Source of the DNA: Verrucomicrobiota bacterium
GTDB lineage: Bacteria > Verrucomicrobiota > Verrucomicrobiia > Limisphaerales > CAIQOK01
DNA length: 64,000 bases
Assembly: GCA_046346715.1 (NCBI GenBank)
Contig: JAXMHO010000002.1
Span: 83,059-147,058 of the forward strand
Direction: 5' to 3'
The notes under the pieces are model-generated. The model saw only the letters and a program-made list of their open reading frames with translations. It made no database searches and had not been told where the DNA came from. The position numbers and the translations under genes were made by a program. This document shows, piece by piece, positions 1 through 9,834 of this stretch (positions within the stretch are counted from its first letter, which is position 1; every line of letters begins with the position of its first letter).

Positions 1-916
1 TCAAGACCACCTGGGCCTTGTTGTAAAGCCGCTGCTGGCCATCGGTGGAGTTGGGATCCTCGCCCGAGGGCGGCACGTCGATCAGCATGTGGGTGTTGGT
101 CATGTTCAGCGACAGCACCACCGGCGGATTGTTGGTCAGTTTGCCGCCGTTGTAGTTGACGGCGCCGCTGAGGGAGCTCAGGGAAAGGCCGTCCAGATTG
201 GTCTTGAGGGTGACACCCACGCAGGTCACCTGGCTGTTGAAGTTCAGGGTGGAGCTGGACAGGCAGCCGGTGAAGATATGTCCGTTGGCGTGCACGGTGC
301 CGTTCACGGTCAAGGGGGCGCACCGGACGAATTCCATGTTGGTGTTGCTGAACAAGGCCCGGGTGCTGAGCGGCACCATGGCCAGCAGCACGTCCTCCTG
401 CACGGCGTTGGTGAGGTTGTGGCGCGCATTTTTCATGCGGGCGTTGGCCACGATCCGGTACACCGGCGCGTTCAAGGTGGCGAGGAGGTTGGTGCCGCCG
501 CTGGTGAACTGTGACGGGAGATTGCCCGAATAGGAGGTCAGGTATTGAACGTAGACCTTGTTGTCATGACCTTGCGCGTCGGAAAAGACGAAGTTGGTCC
601 AGTAGGAGTTTTCAGAGGAGGAGGGAATGTAGTTGGCGTACAGTCCGGAAGCCGTGTTGCTGGTCACCGCGCCCAGCGCCAGACCGGGCGTGCTGAAGTC
701 ATAGCAAATCCGGGCGTAGACCTTTTCACAGGCCGCCTCGGCCGCATTCAGCGTGAGAGAGTACTGGTTGTTGCGGTCATTGAGTTTCGAAACCGTGTAA
801 GTGCGCCGGAGGGTTCCGGAGAGAATCAAGGCGCTGGCGGCGGTCATTCCCAGCACGATCAACAGGGCATAGCCCGCGGCAACGGCATTACGGCCGGAAG
901 AAAAATTGGTTTTCAT
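1..916 (-). CDS. PilX_N/GspK-like minor pseudopilin; C-terminal end lies outside the window
   Basis: Absent from the ORF track because it has no in-window stop. Hand translation of the minus strand from ATG 914-916 gives MKTNFSSGRNAVAAGYALLIVLGMTAASALILSGTLRRTYTVSKLNDRNNQYSLTLNAAEAACEKVYARI... and stays open to base 2. An N-terminal hydrophobic helix plus the NAAEAA segment resembles PilX_N/GspK-type pseudopilins. It lies 2 nt downstream of two prepilin-type genes. Confidence 0.55.
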   Translation of the reverse strand, partial: MKTNFSSGRNAVAAGYALLIVLGMTAASALILSGTLRRTYTVSKLNDRNNQYSLTLNAAEAACEKVYARICYDFSTPGLALGAVTSNTASGLYANYIPSSSENSYWTNFVFSDAQGHDNKVYVQYLTSYSGNLPSQFTSGGTNLLATLNAPVYRIVANARMKNARHNLTNAVQEDVLLAMVPLSTRALFSNTNMEFVRCAPLTVNGTVHANGHIFTGCLSSSTLNFNSQVTCVGVTLKTNLDGLSLSSLSGAVNYNGGKLTNNPPVVLSLNMTNTHMLIDVPPSGEDPNSTDGQQRLYNKAQVVL

Positions 917-918
917 GA

Positions 919-1542
919 TCAATCGGGGGCGTGGGGGGTGGCGCGAAATTCGAGCTTGTAAAAATCGTAGAGATAATTGCTTCCCACCTGGGTCAGGGGA
1001 TACTGAAACTGGCGGAATTGCAGGATGAAATGGATCACATACCGCCATTGCAGGTCGGATTTTATGGTGCCCGCGTAATCCTGGGCGCTGAAGGTCAGGG
1101 TATTGATGAGGTTGGAGGCCACCACGGTCGCCGTGCCGCCCGTACGCCTGCGGAACAGCTGGTTGTCACCATTCACCGTGGTGAAGTAATACATGATGTT
1201 CGTGGTGTAGTTGTTCGTGAAGCTCAGCTGCAGCCCGGGGGCCTGCTGCAAGGCGCCGTTCGTCAGCGCGGTGAAGGTGGTGCCCGACACGGTTCCCAGC
1301 CGCCAGATTTTGGCCGAGCGAATATCCCTGGTGATCAGGTCGAAGCTTTTCCGCGACTGGTCGCTCGCCCCGAGCTTGCTCTGGATCAACTCGTCCTGCT
1401 TGAGGCCGAAAATGTGGATGGCCAGAAACGCCAGCATGGCGAGGCTGAACACCGACATCGTCACCATCATCTCGATCAGGGTCATGGCCGCCGCCGTGCG
1501 AAACGGAGAACGAACGCCTGGGTTGCCGGGTTGTGAGTTCAT
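919..1542 (-). CDS. prepilin-type N-terminal cleavage/methylation domain protein (GspJ/PulJ-like minor pseudopilin)
   Basis: 207-aa ORF. RTAAAMTLIEMMVTMSVFSLAMLAFL is a prepilin methylation motif plus hydrophobic helix. Same strand as its neighbours and tightly spaced with them. Confidence 0.75.
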   Translation of the reverse strand: MNSQPGNPGVRSPFRTAAAMTLIEMMVTMSVFSLAMLAFLAIHIFGLKQDELIQSKLGASDQSRKSFDLITRDIRSAKIWRLGTVSGTTFTALTNGALQQAPGLQLSFTNNYTTNIMYYFTTVNGDNQLFRRRTGGTATVVASNLINTLTFSAQDYAGTIKSDLQWRYVIHFILQFRQFQYPLTQVGSNYLYDFYKLEFRATPHAPD

Positions 1543-1551
1543 GAGGGCCGT

Positions 1552-2082
1552 CTAGTTGTCCGGGGAGCAATAGGTGACGATGGTGTTGGTGAACATCTTG
1601 GTCGTGCCCCCCCAGCGAAACGGCCACGCGGTGTTGATTTCCGTCATCCGCATCTGCACCGGCGGATTGGAGGTGCCGTTGGCGTAAACGAGGCTGACCT
1701 TCACCCAGTTTGTGGCCCGCACGTAGTTGGTCCCCGAGTAGGGAATGTCCAGGTTCGTCCAGCTGTACCCGGTCATCGTCGTGCCGGAGAGACTGAAAGA
1801 GTTCAACTGCAGGTTGGTGATTTCATTGATCCCCGTGTAAACGTCCCAACGCGCCGAGCGAATCTGCTCGACCTGCTGGATCGCCAGCGCCTGGGCCGCG
1901 AGCTGATAGCCGGACCACTGCGCGCGTTTGCTCGCCTGTGTGTAGGCGATGATGATGGAGCCAAAGACCAGCCCGATGATGCCGAGCGCCATCACGACTT
2001 CCACCAGCGTAAAGGCATGAACTGTCTTCCGCCGGCCGGCCGGCAAACCTGTCACACGGCTAGATGTCTCGATTATCATCAC
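1552..2082 (-). CDS. prepilin-type N-terminal cleavage/methylation domain protein (GspI/PilV-like)
   Basis: 176-aa ORF with HAFTLVEVVMALGIIGLVFGSIIIAY prepilin-type motif. The true start is probably internal to the track ORF. Confidence 0.75.
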   Translation of the reverse strand: MMIIETSSRVTGLPAGRRKTVHAFTLVEVVMALGIIGLVFGSIIIAYTQASKRAQWSGYQLAAQALAIQQVEQIRSARWDVYTGINEITNLQLNSFSLSGTTMTGYSWTNLDIPYSGTNYVRATNWVKVSLVYANGTSNPPVQMRMTEINTAWPFRWGGTTKMFTNTIVTYCSPDN

Positions 2083-2303
2083 TATTTGGAGCTCAAAATC
2101 AGCACGTGCCTTGCCACGGGGAAAAAATCGCCGGTCCCTTTGTTTGTCAGGGTCGCGCCGGACGCCCTGTACCCCTTCGGGGCAATAGTGTCTTGTTTCA
2201 AAAGCATCGAACGCTGTTCCTGGGGGGGAAACCGCCAGGCAAACCGCCGCTCGACACCGCCCGCCCGCTTCTCTTAACCTCGCGCTGCAATTTTTGCCCG
2301 CCC

Positions 2304-3434
2304 ATGGTCAAACCAGAAAAACTGCTCGGCGACCTCATCGCGCTTCCCAGCGTGAACCCGGCCTTCTTGCCGGCCAACCATTCCCAGGCCGGCGAACAGC
2401 GCGTGGCGGAGTTTCTGGCCGGCATCGCCACCGCGGCCGGACTGGATGTGCAATTTCAACGCGTGCTCCCCGGACGCTCAAACCTGCTCGCCCGTTTGAC
2501 ACCCTCCGGCAAAATCTCCCAACGGGTTCTCCTGGCTCCGCACCTCGACACCGTTCCGATTTTTGAACCCAGCCAGTTGCAACCGCAGCGAAAAGGCGGC
2601 CGACTCCACGGCCGGGGTGCGTGCGACACCAAAGGCTCCGTGGCCGCGATGCTCGCCGCGGTCTGCGAACTGGCGGCCGGCAAGCGCCGTCCGCAACACA
2701 CCGAGATTGTTTTTGCCGGACTGGTGGACGAGGAAAACGCCCAGGCCGGTTCACGCGCCCTCGGCGCCAGCGGCTTCCAGGCGAATCTTGCGATTGTCGG
2801 TGAACCAACGGATTGCGAAGTCATCACCGCCCACAAAGGGAGTCTGTGGCTTCGCCTCGAAACCAAGGGCAAATCCGCCCACGGCGCCAAGCCCGAACTC
2901 GGCCGCAACGCCGTTCATGCCATGGCGCGCATCGTGGACGCGCTCGAATCGGATTATGCCGCCCAGTTGCAGCGCCGCCGCCATCCGCTGCTCGGTCACG
3001 GCACCGTCAACGTCGGGGTGATTCGCGGCGGCACCCAGCCCAACATCGTGCCGGACGCCTGCTCGATCACGATTGACCGCCGCACTTTGCCGGGCGAAAC
3101 CGAAGCTGGTGTGCGCCGGGAAATCACCGCGTTGTTGAAGCGCAAAAAACTTTCGGCCCGCTTCACCAGCGAAAAGGCCGCGCCCACCTCGGCGTTGGAA
3201 ACCGATCCCCGCCTTCCCCTCGTGCGGCAGTTCATGGCGCAGGCCGGCCAGAAGCGTCCGGCCGGCGTGGATTACTTCTGCGACGCCGCCGTGCTGGCCG
3301 GCCACGGAATTCCCAGCGTGGTGTTCGGCCCCGGCGACATCGCGCAAGCCCACACAATGGATGAGTGGATCTCGCTTAAGTCATTGAATCAGGCGAAGGA
3401 CATTCTGCTCAGTTTCCTCGGTTCCCTTCCCTAA
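2304..3434 (+). CDS. M20 family metallopeptidase, ArgE/DapE-like deacylase
   Basis: Track ORF 2064-3434. The conserved part starts at ATG 2304 (MVKPEKLLGDLIALPSVNP). Motifs LLAPHLDTVP, GRGACDTKGSVAAML, GLVDEE, GEPTDCEVITAHKG and HTMDEW are typical of the acetylornithine deacetylase / succinyl-DAP desuccinylase family. Confidence 0.8.
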   Translation: MVKPEKLLGDLIALPSVNPAFLPANHSQAGEQRVAEFLAGIATAAGLDVQFQRVLPGRSNLLARLTPSGKISQRVLLAPHLDTVPIFEPSQLQPQRKGGRLHGRGACDTKGSVAAMLAAVCELAAGKRRPQHTEIVFAGLVDEENAQAGSRALGASGFQANLAIVGEPTDCEVITAHKGSLWLRLETKGKSAHGAKPELGRNAVHAMARIVDALESDYAAQLQRRRHPLLGHGTVNVGVIRGGTQPNIVPDACSITIDRRTLPGETEAGVRREITALLKRKKLSARFTSEKAAPTSALETDPRLPLVRQFMAQAGQKRPAGVDYFCDAAVLAGHGIPSVVFGPGDIAQAHTMDEWISLKSLNQAKDILLSFLGSLP

Positions 3435-3444
3435 ATCCTCCACC

Positions 3445-4746
3445 ATGAAAGCCGAGCCCACCCCGTCTCATCATCCGGCCGACACTGCGAAACAGCACTC
3501 GTCGTTCTTCAAGCAAAGCGGCTGGCTGATGATGGCCACGATTGCCGGAGGCATCCTGACCTGGGGTGTTCACTTTCTCTCGAAGAGTGTTCCCAAGGCC
3601 GATTACAGCGTCTTCGGAACGTTGCTGATGGTCACCGCGATTTTGCCGACGATGCCTTTGCAGATGATGTTTGCCGCCCAGACCGCCGGCGCGCTGGCGA
3701 CGGGACGCGAACGGGAATTGTCCGGCAAAATCCGCCTCGCGTTCATCTCGCTCTTCGTTCTGTGGCTAATGGGTGCTGTGGTCGTTTTCGTTTTCCAAGA
3801 ATCCATCATCACGGCGTGGAAGCTGAGCAGCCCCGCGCCGCTGTGGATCACCGTCGCCACCTTGCTGGTCGGTTTGTGGATGCCGATGTTCAACGGCGTG
3901 CTGCAAGGCTGCCAGGACTTTTTCATGATGGGCTGGTCGGCCATTTTCAACGGCGTGCTGCGCGTCATCGCGGCGGGAATCCTCGTGCTCGCGCTGGGTC
4001 TCGGTGCTTCCGGCATGGTGTCCGGCGCGCTGGCCGGCCTGGGCTTCGCCGCGCTGCTGGGCATCTGGCGGACGCGCGACCTCTGGCTCAAAACACCGGA
4101 GAAGATCGACGCCCTGGCGTTCGCCCGGCAGGTGGCGCCGCTGATGCTGGGCTTCGGCGCGTTTCAATTCATGTTCACGTCGGACACGATGTATGCCCAG
4201 GCGTTTTTCACCGCGGATGAAATGGCGCCCTACGTTGCCGCCGGCACCTTGTCGCGCGCGCTGCTCTGGCTGGTGCTGCCGCTGGCGGCGGTGATGTTTC
4301 CCAAACTCGTCCACAGCAACGCCAAGGCGGAAAAGACCAACCTCCTGAAAATTGTCCTGCTCGGCACCGCCGTGCTTTCCATCTGCGGCGGACTGGGACT
4401 TTGGCTGGTCGGACCGATCGTGGTGAAGATTGTTTACAAAGCCGGCTATGTGGAGGCGACGACCGCGTTGCTGCCCTGGTATGCGATGGCGATGGTGCCG
4501 CTGGCCCTGGCCAATGTGCTGGTGAACGATCTGCTGGCCCGGTCGAGATTCCGCGTGGTGCCGTTTATCCTGATGGTCGCGGTGGGTTATGGATTCGCCC
4601 TGCCCTGGGCGCTGAACCATGTCGCGCTCAAGCTGGTGACCGTGCTGCAAACGCTTGGTATCTTCAACTGCCTCCTGCTGGCCGTCTGCGTGTGGGGAGC
4701 TTTTGGGAAGGATGCCAAGCCGAACGCTGCTGACCGGCTTCAATAA
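3445..4746 (+). CDS. multipass membrane protein, MOP/Wzx-type polysaccharide flippase-like
   Basis: 433 aa, hydrophobic throughout with many predicted helices. Neighbours a GT2 gene. Assignment rests on overall architecture only. Confidence 0.5.
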   Translation: MKAEPTPSHHPADTAKQHSSFFKQSGWLMMATIAGGILTWGVHFLSKSVPKADYSVFGTLLMVTAILPTMPLQMMFAAQTAGALATGRERELSGKIRLAFISLFVLWLMGAVVVFVFQESIITAWKLSSPAPLWITVATLLVGLWMPMFNGVLQGCQDFFMMGWSAIFNGVLRVIAAGILVLALGLGASGMVSGALAGLGFAALLGIWRTRDLWLKTPEKIDALAFARQVAPLMLGFGAFQFMFTSDTMYAQAFFTADEMAPYVAAGTLSRALLWLVLPLAAVMFPKLVHSNAKAEKTNLLKIVLLGTAVLSICGGLGLWLVGPIVVKIVYKAGYVEATTALLPWYAMAMVPLALANVLVNDLLARSRFRVVPFILMVAVGYGFALPWALNHVALKLVTVLQTLGIFNCLLLAVCVWGAFGKDAKPNAADRLQ

Positions 4747-4754
4747 AACTGCGC

Positions 4755-4827
4755 CTCACGCCAAGAGCGCAAGGGACGCAAAGGCGTTTGATGGTTTCCT
4801 TTATGCGGTCTTCGCGGCCTTCGCGGG
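4755..4827. repeat. imperfect inverted repeat built from CGCAA(A/G)GG-type units between convergent genes
   Basis: CCTCACGCCAAGAGCGCAAGGGACGCAAAGGCG ... GCGGTCTTCGCGGCCTTCGCGGGAG. The arms are partially complementary. Same unit type as at 44431, 48094 and 26365. Confidence 0.5.
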
Positions 4828-4844
4828 AGAAACGTTCGGCTGAG

Positions 4845-5678
4845 TTATTTCTTGTCCGAAGACTTGCCGGATTCCGTCGGCGACACGTAGAGGGATTTGT
4901 AAACCCAGTTTTCCAGAGGTCGCAGCAGCTTCAGCCCGCGATACAACGTCGGCCAGTAGATGAGCCGCAGGCGAATCACCGACAGGAACATCCTCAGCGA
5001 TTGGCGGAACAACGACGCGCTGACCTTTGAACCCACCTTGTCCGTCCATTCAATCGGCACCTCGACAACCTTGAAACCGGCGCGGTTCAAGGAGACCAGC
5101 AGGTTCACGTCGAACGCCAGATCGGCGATGAGCAGCGACGAATGAATCTTCTCCACGCACCCGCGCCGCATAAGCTTGCAGGGGCATTGGGTGTCCTTGA
5201 TGTTCATCCAGAACAATACCTCGACGATCAAATGGAACGTGCGGCTGGTGATTTTCCGAATCCACGGCTGCGCCTGATGCAGCACCGCGCCGCTCAGCCA
5301 GCGCGAGCCGATCAGACAATCCGCATCGCCCATCTGCTTCACCAGCGACAGCAGCGCCTGCGGCGGCGATGCGCCGTCGGCATCCACGTAGCCGATGAGG
5401 TCCGCCAGCGGCGCGAGCTTCAACCCCTCGATCAGCGCCCCGCCCTTGCCGATGGGCTGCTTGAATTCCAGCGACTTGATCTCGGGATATTCCGCAGCCA
5501 CGCGCTGCACCACGCCCAGGGTGTTGTCGCGGCAGCCGTTGAGCACGACCACGATCTGGAACTTGCCGGAGTATTCGCGCTGAAAAAACGCCGCATACTC
5601 CCGCAGCACGGGTTCGATGCGCTCCTCCTCATTGTAGGCCGGGATGAGGATGAGAAGACTGGGAAGCGTCGCGCTCAC
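4845..5678 (-). CDS. family 2 glycosyltransferase (polyprenyl-phosphate sugar synthase-like)
   Basis: 277 aa. LILIPAYNEEERI, VVVLNGCRDNT and YVDADGASPP are classic GT2 (GT-A, DxD) motifs. The start overlaps the stop of the upstream regulator gene by 4 nt. Confidence 0.8.
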   Translation of the reverse strand: MSATLPSLLILIPAYNEEERIEPVLREYAAFFQREYSGKFQIVVVLNGCRDNTLGVVQRVAAEYPEIKSLEFKQPIGKGGALIEGLKLAPLADLIGYVDADGASPPQALLSLVKQMGDADCLIGSRWLSGAVLHQAQPWIRKITSRTFHLIVEVLFWMNIKDTQCPCKLMRRGCVEKIHSSLLIADLAFDVNLLVSLNRAGFKVVEVPIEWTDKVGSKVSASLFRQSLRMFLSVIRLRLIYWPTLYRGLKLLRPLENWVYKSLYVSPTESGKSSDKK

Positions 5679-7156
5679 TGAATCTTCAATTCCCGCTGAA
5701 TCTCAAACTTGTCCACGCGCTTGCGCAGCGTGGCGCGGGTGATGCCCAGCAGCTTCGCCGCCTGCACCTGGTTGCCGTTGGTTTCCTTCAACGCCTGGAT
5801 GATCAGCTCGCGCTCGACGGCCGGGATCAGCTTCAACTTCGGGTCCTTGCGCGCCCACTGGAACATCTTGCGGGTCAATGAAACAATGTCCGTCCCGCCC
5901 GCGTCCGCCACCGGGACCGCTGCCTCCGGAGTCGCCGCGCTGGCCGGCGCGGCCACGCCCTGCTCCAACACCTGAATGGGCAAATCACTCAACAGGATCG
6001 CGTCGCCCTTGGCCACGACATGCGCGCGGCGGATGACATTCTCCAGTTCGCGGACGTTGCCCGGCCAGTGATACTGCTCCAGCGCCTTCAACACGCCGGC
6101 GGAAATGGACTTAGGCGCCGCCTTCTGGTCATGGGCGAACTTCTTGAGGAAGTAATTCACCAGCAGCCGGACGTCGTCCTTACGCTCGCGCAATGCGGGC
6201 ATCTGGATGCGCACCACGTTCAAGCGATAAAACAGGTCCTCACGAAACTGCTTCGCGGCGACGGCCTCTTCGAGGCGCTTGTTGGTCGCGGCAATGATGC
6301 GGACATCCGCCTTGATGGGCTGGTTGCCGCCGACGCGTTCAAAGGTGCCGGACTGAAGCACGCGCAGAATCTTCGTCTGCGTGGCCGGCGTCATGTCGCC
6401 GATTTCGTCCAGAAAGATCGTGCCGCCGTGGCATTGCTCGAACTTGCCGATGCGCTGCAACGTCGCGCCGGTGAACGCGCCGCGTTCGTGGCCGAACAAT
6501 TCGCTTTCCAGCAGCTGCTCGGGGATCGCCGCGCAGTTGACCGCCAGAAACGGCTGGCCGCTGCGATGGCTATGATGGTAAATCGCGCGGGCGACGAGTT
6601 CCTTGCCGGTGCCGCTTTCGCCGGTGACCAGCGTGGTGGCATCGGTCGCGGCTACCTGGCCAATCAGCTTGAAGACCTGCTGCATCGGTTCGCTGCGACC
6701 CACGATGCCCAGTTCGTAATCTTCGGATTCCAGCAGCGGCTGGTAGGAAACCACCTGCCGCATGTCCTGCGACGCCTTCAACGCGCTGGCAACGACTTCC
6801 TTGAGCTTGGCGATGTCGAACGGTTTGAGCAGGTAATCATACGCGCCCAGCTTCATCGCCTCGATGGTCGTCTGGGTCGTGCCGTAGGCGGTCATGAGAA
6901 TGACCAGCAGCTTGGAATCGAGCTCGCGGATGTGGCGGAGGGTTTCCAGTCCCGTCATGCCGCCCATGCGGATGTCCATGATGACGAGGTCGGGCTTGAA
7001 ACGGGGAATGAGCTTGAGGCCCTCTTCACCGCTGGAGGCGGTGGCAATCTCGACATCCGGGGAATCGAAAATGCGCCGGAAGGAGTACTGCACATCTTCT
7101 TCGTCGTCGATCAATAGTAGCTTGCTCATGGATTGGCGGAACTTTTCCGTGGGCAA
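5675..7156 (-). CDS. sigma-54-dependent response regulator (NtrC/Fis family)
   Basis: Receiver domain (LLLIDDEEDV...DLVIMDIRMGGMTGLE), AAA+ sigma-54 activator domain (GESGTGKELVARAIH, GAFTGA, ESELFGHERGAFTGA) and C-terminal Fis-type HTH (GNQVQAAKLLGITRATLRKR). The likely start is MSKLLLID at 7129. Confidence 0.9.
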   Translation of the reverse strand: MPTEKFRQSMSKLLLIDDEEDVQYSFRRIFDSPDVEIATASSGEEGLKLIPRFKPDLVIMDIRMGGMTGLETLRHIRELDSKLLVILMTAYGTTQTTIEAMKLGAYDYLLKPFDIAKLKEVVASALKASQDMRQVVSYQPLLESEDYELGIVGRSEPMQQVFKLIGQVAATDATTLVTGESGTGKELVARAIYHHSHRSGQPFLAVNCAAIPEQLLESELFGHERGAFTGATLQRIGKFEQCHGGTIFLDEIGDMTPATQTKILRVLQSGTFERVGGNQPIKADVRIIAATNKRLEEAVAAKQFREDLFYRLNVVRIQMPALRERKDDVRLLVNYFLKKFAHDQKAAPKSISAGVLKALEQYHWPGNVRELENVIRRAHVVAKGDAILLSDLPIQVLEQGVAAPASAATPEAAVPVADAGGTDIVSLTRKMFQWARKDPKLKLIPAVERELIIQALKETNGNQVQAAKLLGITRATLRKRVDKFEIQRELKIQ

Positions 7157-7192
7157 AACTAGCGGGATTCTCTCGGAAACGACAGAGAATTT

Positions 7193-8518
7193 TCAGACCG
7201 GGACGCCATTCGGCCGGCTTTTCACCCACGCCAGCGCGGCTTCCCTGGTGGAGATTTCGTCTGACAACTGTCGTTCCCGCAGTTCGGCCAGCATTGCGCC
7301 CAGGGCCGGGCCGGGCCGGATTCCCAGCGCCATCAGGTCGTCGCCGGTCAGCAATGGCGGAACCATCTCCGGCTGCTGCGCCAGCGCCCGCGCCTGCTCC
7401 ACGAGAAAATCATAAACCTCCAGCCGGCGATGCGAGCCGAGGCAGTCCAGGCGATGCAGCGCCAATTCAAGCGGGAACGTCTCCCGCAGCAGCAGCCGGC
7501 GCAGGGTGGACTTGCGCATCTTCGGCGCGTCCTTGAACTGCATGTGATGCCGCACCACCGTCGTCACGGCCTCGATTTCCTTCCGGGGAAAACGCAGGCG
7601 CCCGAGGATCTGCTCCGTCATGTCCGCGCCGATTTTTTCGTGCTCGTAAAAATGAATGCTCCCGGTCTTTTCGTCCCGCGACGCCGTCAACGGTTTGGCG
7701 ATGTCGTGCATCAACACCGCCCACGGCAGCAGCGGATCGGCCTCGGCGGGCAGGTGCTGCAACATCAGGCGCAGATGATTGAAGACGCTGCCTTCAGGGT
7801 GATAATCCGGGGATTGTTCGCAGCGAATGGTCGCCGCAACCTCCGGGAGGACATGCACCAGCAGGCCGGATTCCTGCAGCAGGTCCAGCCCCCGCGCCGC
7901 GGCTTTCGTGGCAGGCGCGAACAACTTGAGCAATTCGTCCCGGATTCGTTCGGCGCTGATGGAAGTTATTTTAGGCGCCCAAGCCTGGATGGCCGCCATC
8001 GTCTGCGGCTCAATCTCAAAGCCCAGTTGCACGGCGAAGCGAACGGCCCGCAGCATCCGCAGATGGTCTTCGCCAAAGCGTTCGGCGGGACTGCCGATGG
8101 TCCGGATGATCCGCGCCTGCAAATCAATTTCACCGCCAACCCAGTCGTGCAGCTCCGATTTCAACGGATCGTAAAAGAGGCCGTTCACCGTGAAATCCCG
8201 GCGGCTGGCATCCGCCTGGGCGTTGCTGAAGGTGACTTGTTCGGGTCGCCGTCCGTCGCGGTAATCCGCCTCGGCGCGAAACGTGGCAACCTGAAATTCA
8301 TGGCCGTCGGCCACCACGATCACCACGCCGAACTTGCGTCCGACCGGAATGGTCCTGGTAAAAAGCCGTTCGATCTGCTCCGGCAGCGCCGAGGTGGCGA
8401 TGTCGTAGTCGCCGGGTTCCCGTTGCAGCAGAAAGTCGCGGACGCAGCCGCCGACCCAGAATGCGGCGAAGCCGGCGTTTTGAAGCCGGCGGACGATGTC
8501 GATGGCAGTGCGGCGCAC
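7193..8518 (-). CDS. cca: CCA-adding tRNA nucleotidyltransferase with HD domain
   Basis: 441 aa, GTG start. GFAAFWVGGCVRDFLL, DYDIATSALPEQ and RDFTVNGLFYDP form the polymerase beta-type head; HDIAKP...H forms the HD domain. Confidence 0.85.
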   Translation of the reverse strand: MRRTAIDIVRRLQNAGFAAFWVGGCVRDFLLQREPGDYDIATSALPEQIERLFTRTIPVGRKFGVVIVVADGHEFQVATFRAEADYRDGRRPEQVTFSNAQADASRRDFTVNGLFYDPLKSELHDWVGGEIDLQARIIRTIGSPAERFGEDHLRMLRAVRFAVQLGFEIEPQTMAAIQAWAPKITSISAERIRDELLKLFAPATKAAARGLDLLQESGLLVHVLPEVAATIRCEQSPDYHPEGSVFNHLRLMLQHLPAEADPLLPWAVLMHDIAKPLTASRDEKTGSIHFYEHEKIGADMTEQILGRLRFPRKEIEAVTTVVRHHMQFKDAPKMRKSTLRRLLLRETFPLELALHRLDCLGSHRRLEVYDFLVEQARALAQQPEMVPPLLTGDDLMALGIRPGPALGAMLAELRERQLSDEISTREAALAWVKSRPNGVPV

Positions 8519-8534
8519 GGTGTCGGGAGTGGAA

Positions 8535-8609
8535 TGGTGGGCGCTGAGGGATTCGAACCCCCGGCCACCTCGGTGTAAACGAGATGCTCTACCACTGAGC
8601 TAAGCGCCC
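8535..8609 (-). tRNA. tRNA-Val (anticodon TAC), CCA encoded
   Basis: Hand-folded cloverleaf: acceptor GGGCGCT/AGCGCCC, D arm GCTC-AGTGGTA-GAGC, anticodon arm TCTCG-TTTACAC-CGAGG, T arm GGGGG-TTCGAAT-CCCTC, 3' ACCA. Confidence 0.9.
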
Positions 8610-8737
8610 CAACCGTTTGCAGCCTAAACGGGACGTGCGCGATTTACAACCGCAACCTCAGGCTCAAAAGGCTGGGCGAAATCTTCCCGGCTGGCCTATA
8701 CTGTCGCGGCTTGAACCGCACCTTTCATTTTTGTCGG

Positions 8738-9466
8738 ATGCCGTCCCCGGCCCGGCGCGGCCGGGCGTTCACGCTGATTGAACTGCTGGTGGTCATTGCC
8801 ATCATCGCCATCCTCGCCGCGCTGCTGCTGCCCGTGCTGGGTGTGGCGAAGAAAAAGGCGAACCGCGTCAGCTGCAATTCCAATCTGCGGCAGATCGGCA
8901 TCGGCTTCAACGTTTACCTCACCGATCACGCCAGCCGTTTTCCTGACCGGCGCGATTTGAAGTCGGGCCTTCCGGGAGGATACCGCCCATGGTCGAGCTG
9001 GCCGCCGTCCGATCCTCGCGGCGGCTGGGCACCCTTGGTCCTGAAGGAATCCGGCTCCGCAGACAATCTTTGGACGTGCCCCTCAGCACGGACTTCACCG
9101 ATTGGAAATGCAGTCCAGGTGGCGCAGGCATTTTCCACCGATCCGCAAGTTTCACCCGTCAACTACTGGCTGTGGCGCTTCGATCGGACAAACGATTTGT
9201 CTGACGCCATCATGCTGTCAGATTTTTGGGGGAAGACGCTGACGCAGGCCGTGGCGGATTTGAAGACCGCCGCACTGACTGATGCCACGCTGGGGGCCAT
9301 CAACGGCGAAGCAGATGTCGAATTGGCCGTGGATCCTTATTTTCCCAAGACGGTTCCGACGGTTGCACCGGAGCTTTCCGGCCGCACCCTCCATCCCGGC
9401 GGCCGCAACCGCGTTTATCTCGACGGCCACACGCAATATCTCAAGGACAGCCGCACGCCGAACTGA
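8738..9466 (+). CDS. prepilin-type N-terminal methylation domain protein with C-terminal H-X9-DG motif
   Basis: Track ORF 8711; ATG 8738. [24 protein letters not shown] prepilin motif; C-terminal [13 protein letters not shown] fits H-X9-DG. This family is expanded in PVC bacteria. Confidence 0.8.
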   Translation: MPSPARRGRAFTLIELLVVIAIIAILAALLLPVLGVAKKKANRVSCNSNLRQIGIGFNVYLTDHASRFPDRRDLKSGLPGGYRPWSSWPPSDPRGGWAPLVLKESGSADNLWTCPSARTSPIGNAVQVAQAFSTDPQVSPVNYWLWRFDRTNDLSDAIMLSDFWGKTLTQAVADLKTAALTDATLGAINGEADVELAVDPYFPKTVPTVAPELSGRTLHPGGRNRVYLDGHTQYLKDSRTPN

Positions 9467-9725
9467 CCGGCGACGTTCAATCCGCTCTGGAAGTTTCCCG
9501 CCTGCATTTTTTTGTTCCCCTTGCGGAATAGGCGACAGGGCACCGGGTCTTCCGGAATTAAATTTCCGCTTCAAGGAAAAGAAAACCCAACCACCGCCGG
9601 TCATTTTTGCTGCGCCCGGACTGCGCGCGAGTCTTGAAATTCTCCATCCCGCCAGCACTCAAACCGCGTACGTGAATTTATTTCAGTGACTCGCTGAAAT
9701 TTTTCGAGGCATCCCGAAACCGTAC

Positions 9726-9741
9726 TGGCACAACGTCGGCT
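9726..9741 (+). promoter_or_regulatory. candidate sigma-54 (-24/-12) promoter upstream of the porin-urt-ure cluster
   Basis: TGGCACAACGTCGGCT has GG and GC separated by exactly 10 nt as in TGGCAC-N5-TTGC. The -12 element is degenerate (CGGC). It lies about 95 nt upstream of the porin ATG. A palindrome ATTTCAG-N7-CTGAAAT sits at 9680-9700. Confidence 0.3.
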
Positions 9742-9834
9742 TGAGGGCCGGTGTTCATCGTCGGTGTGCCGGTAACTGCATTTAACCCCGGGACAGCGAA
9801 CGCAAAGAGAAAACCAAATTCGGATACAACAACT

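Noticed and set aside
8535-9466. Genomic island or integrase next to tRNA-Val
   Set aside because: There is no integrase, no direct repeat of the tRNA 3' end, and no compositional shift. The neighbours are ordinary (cca and a prepilin-like protein).
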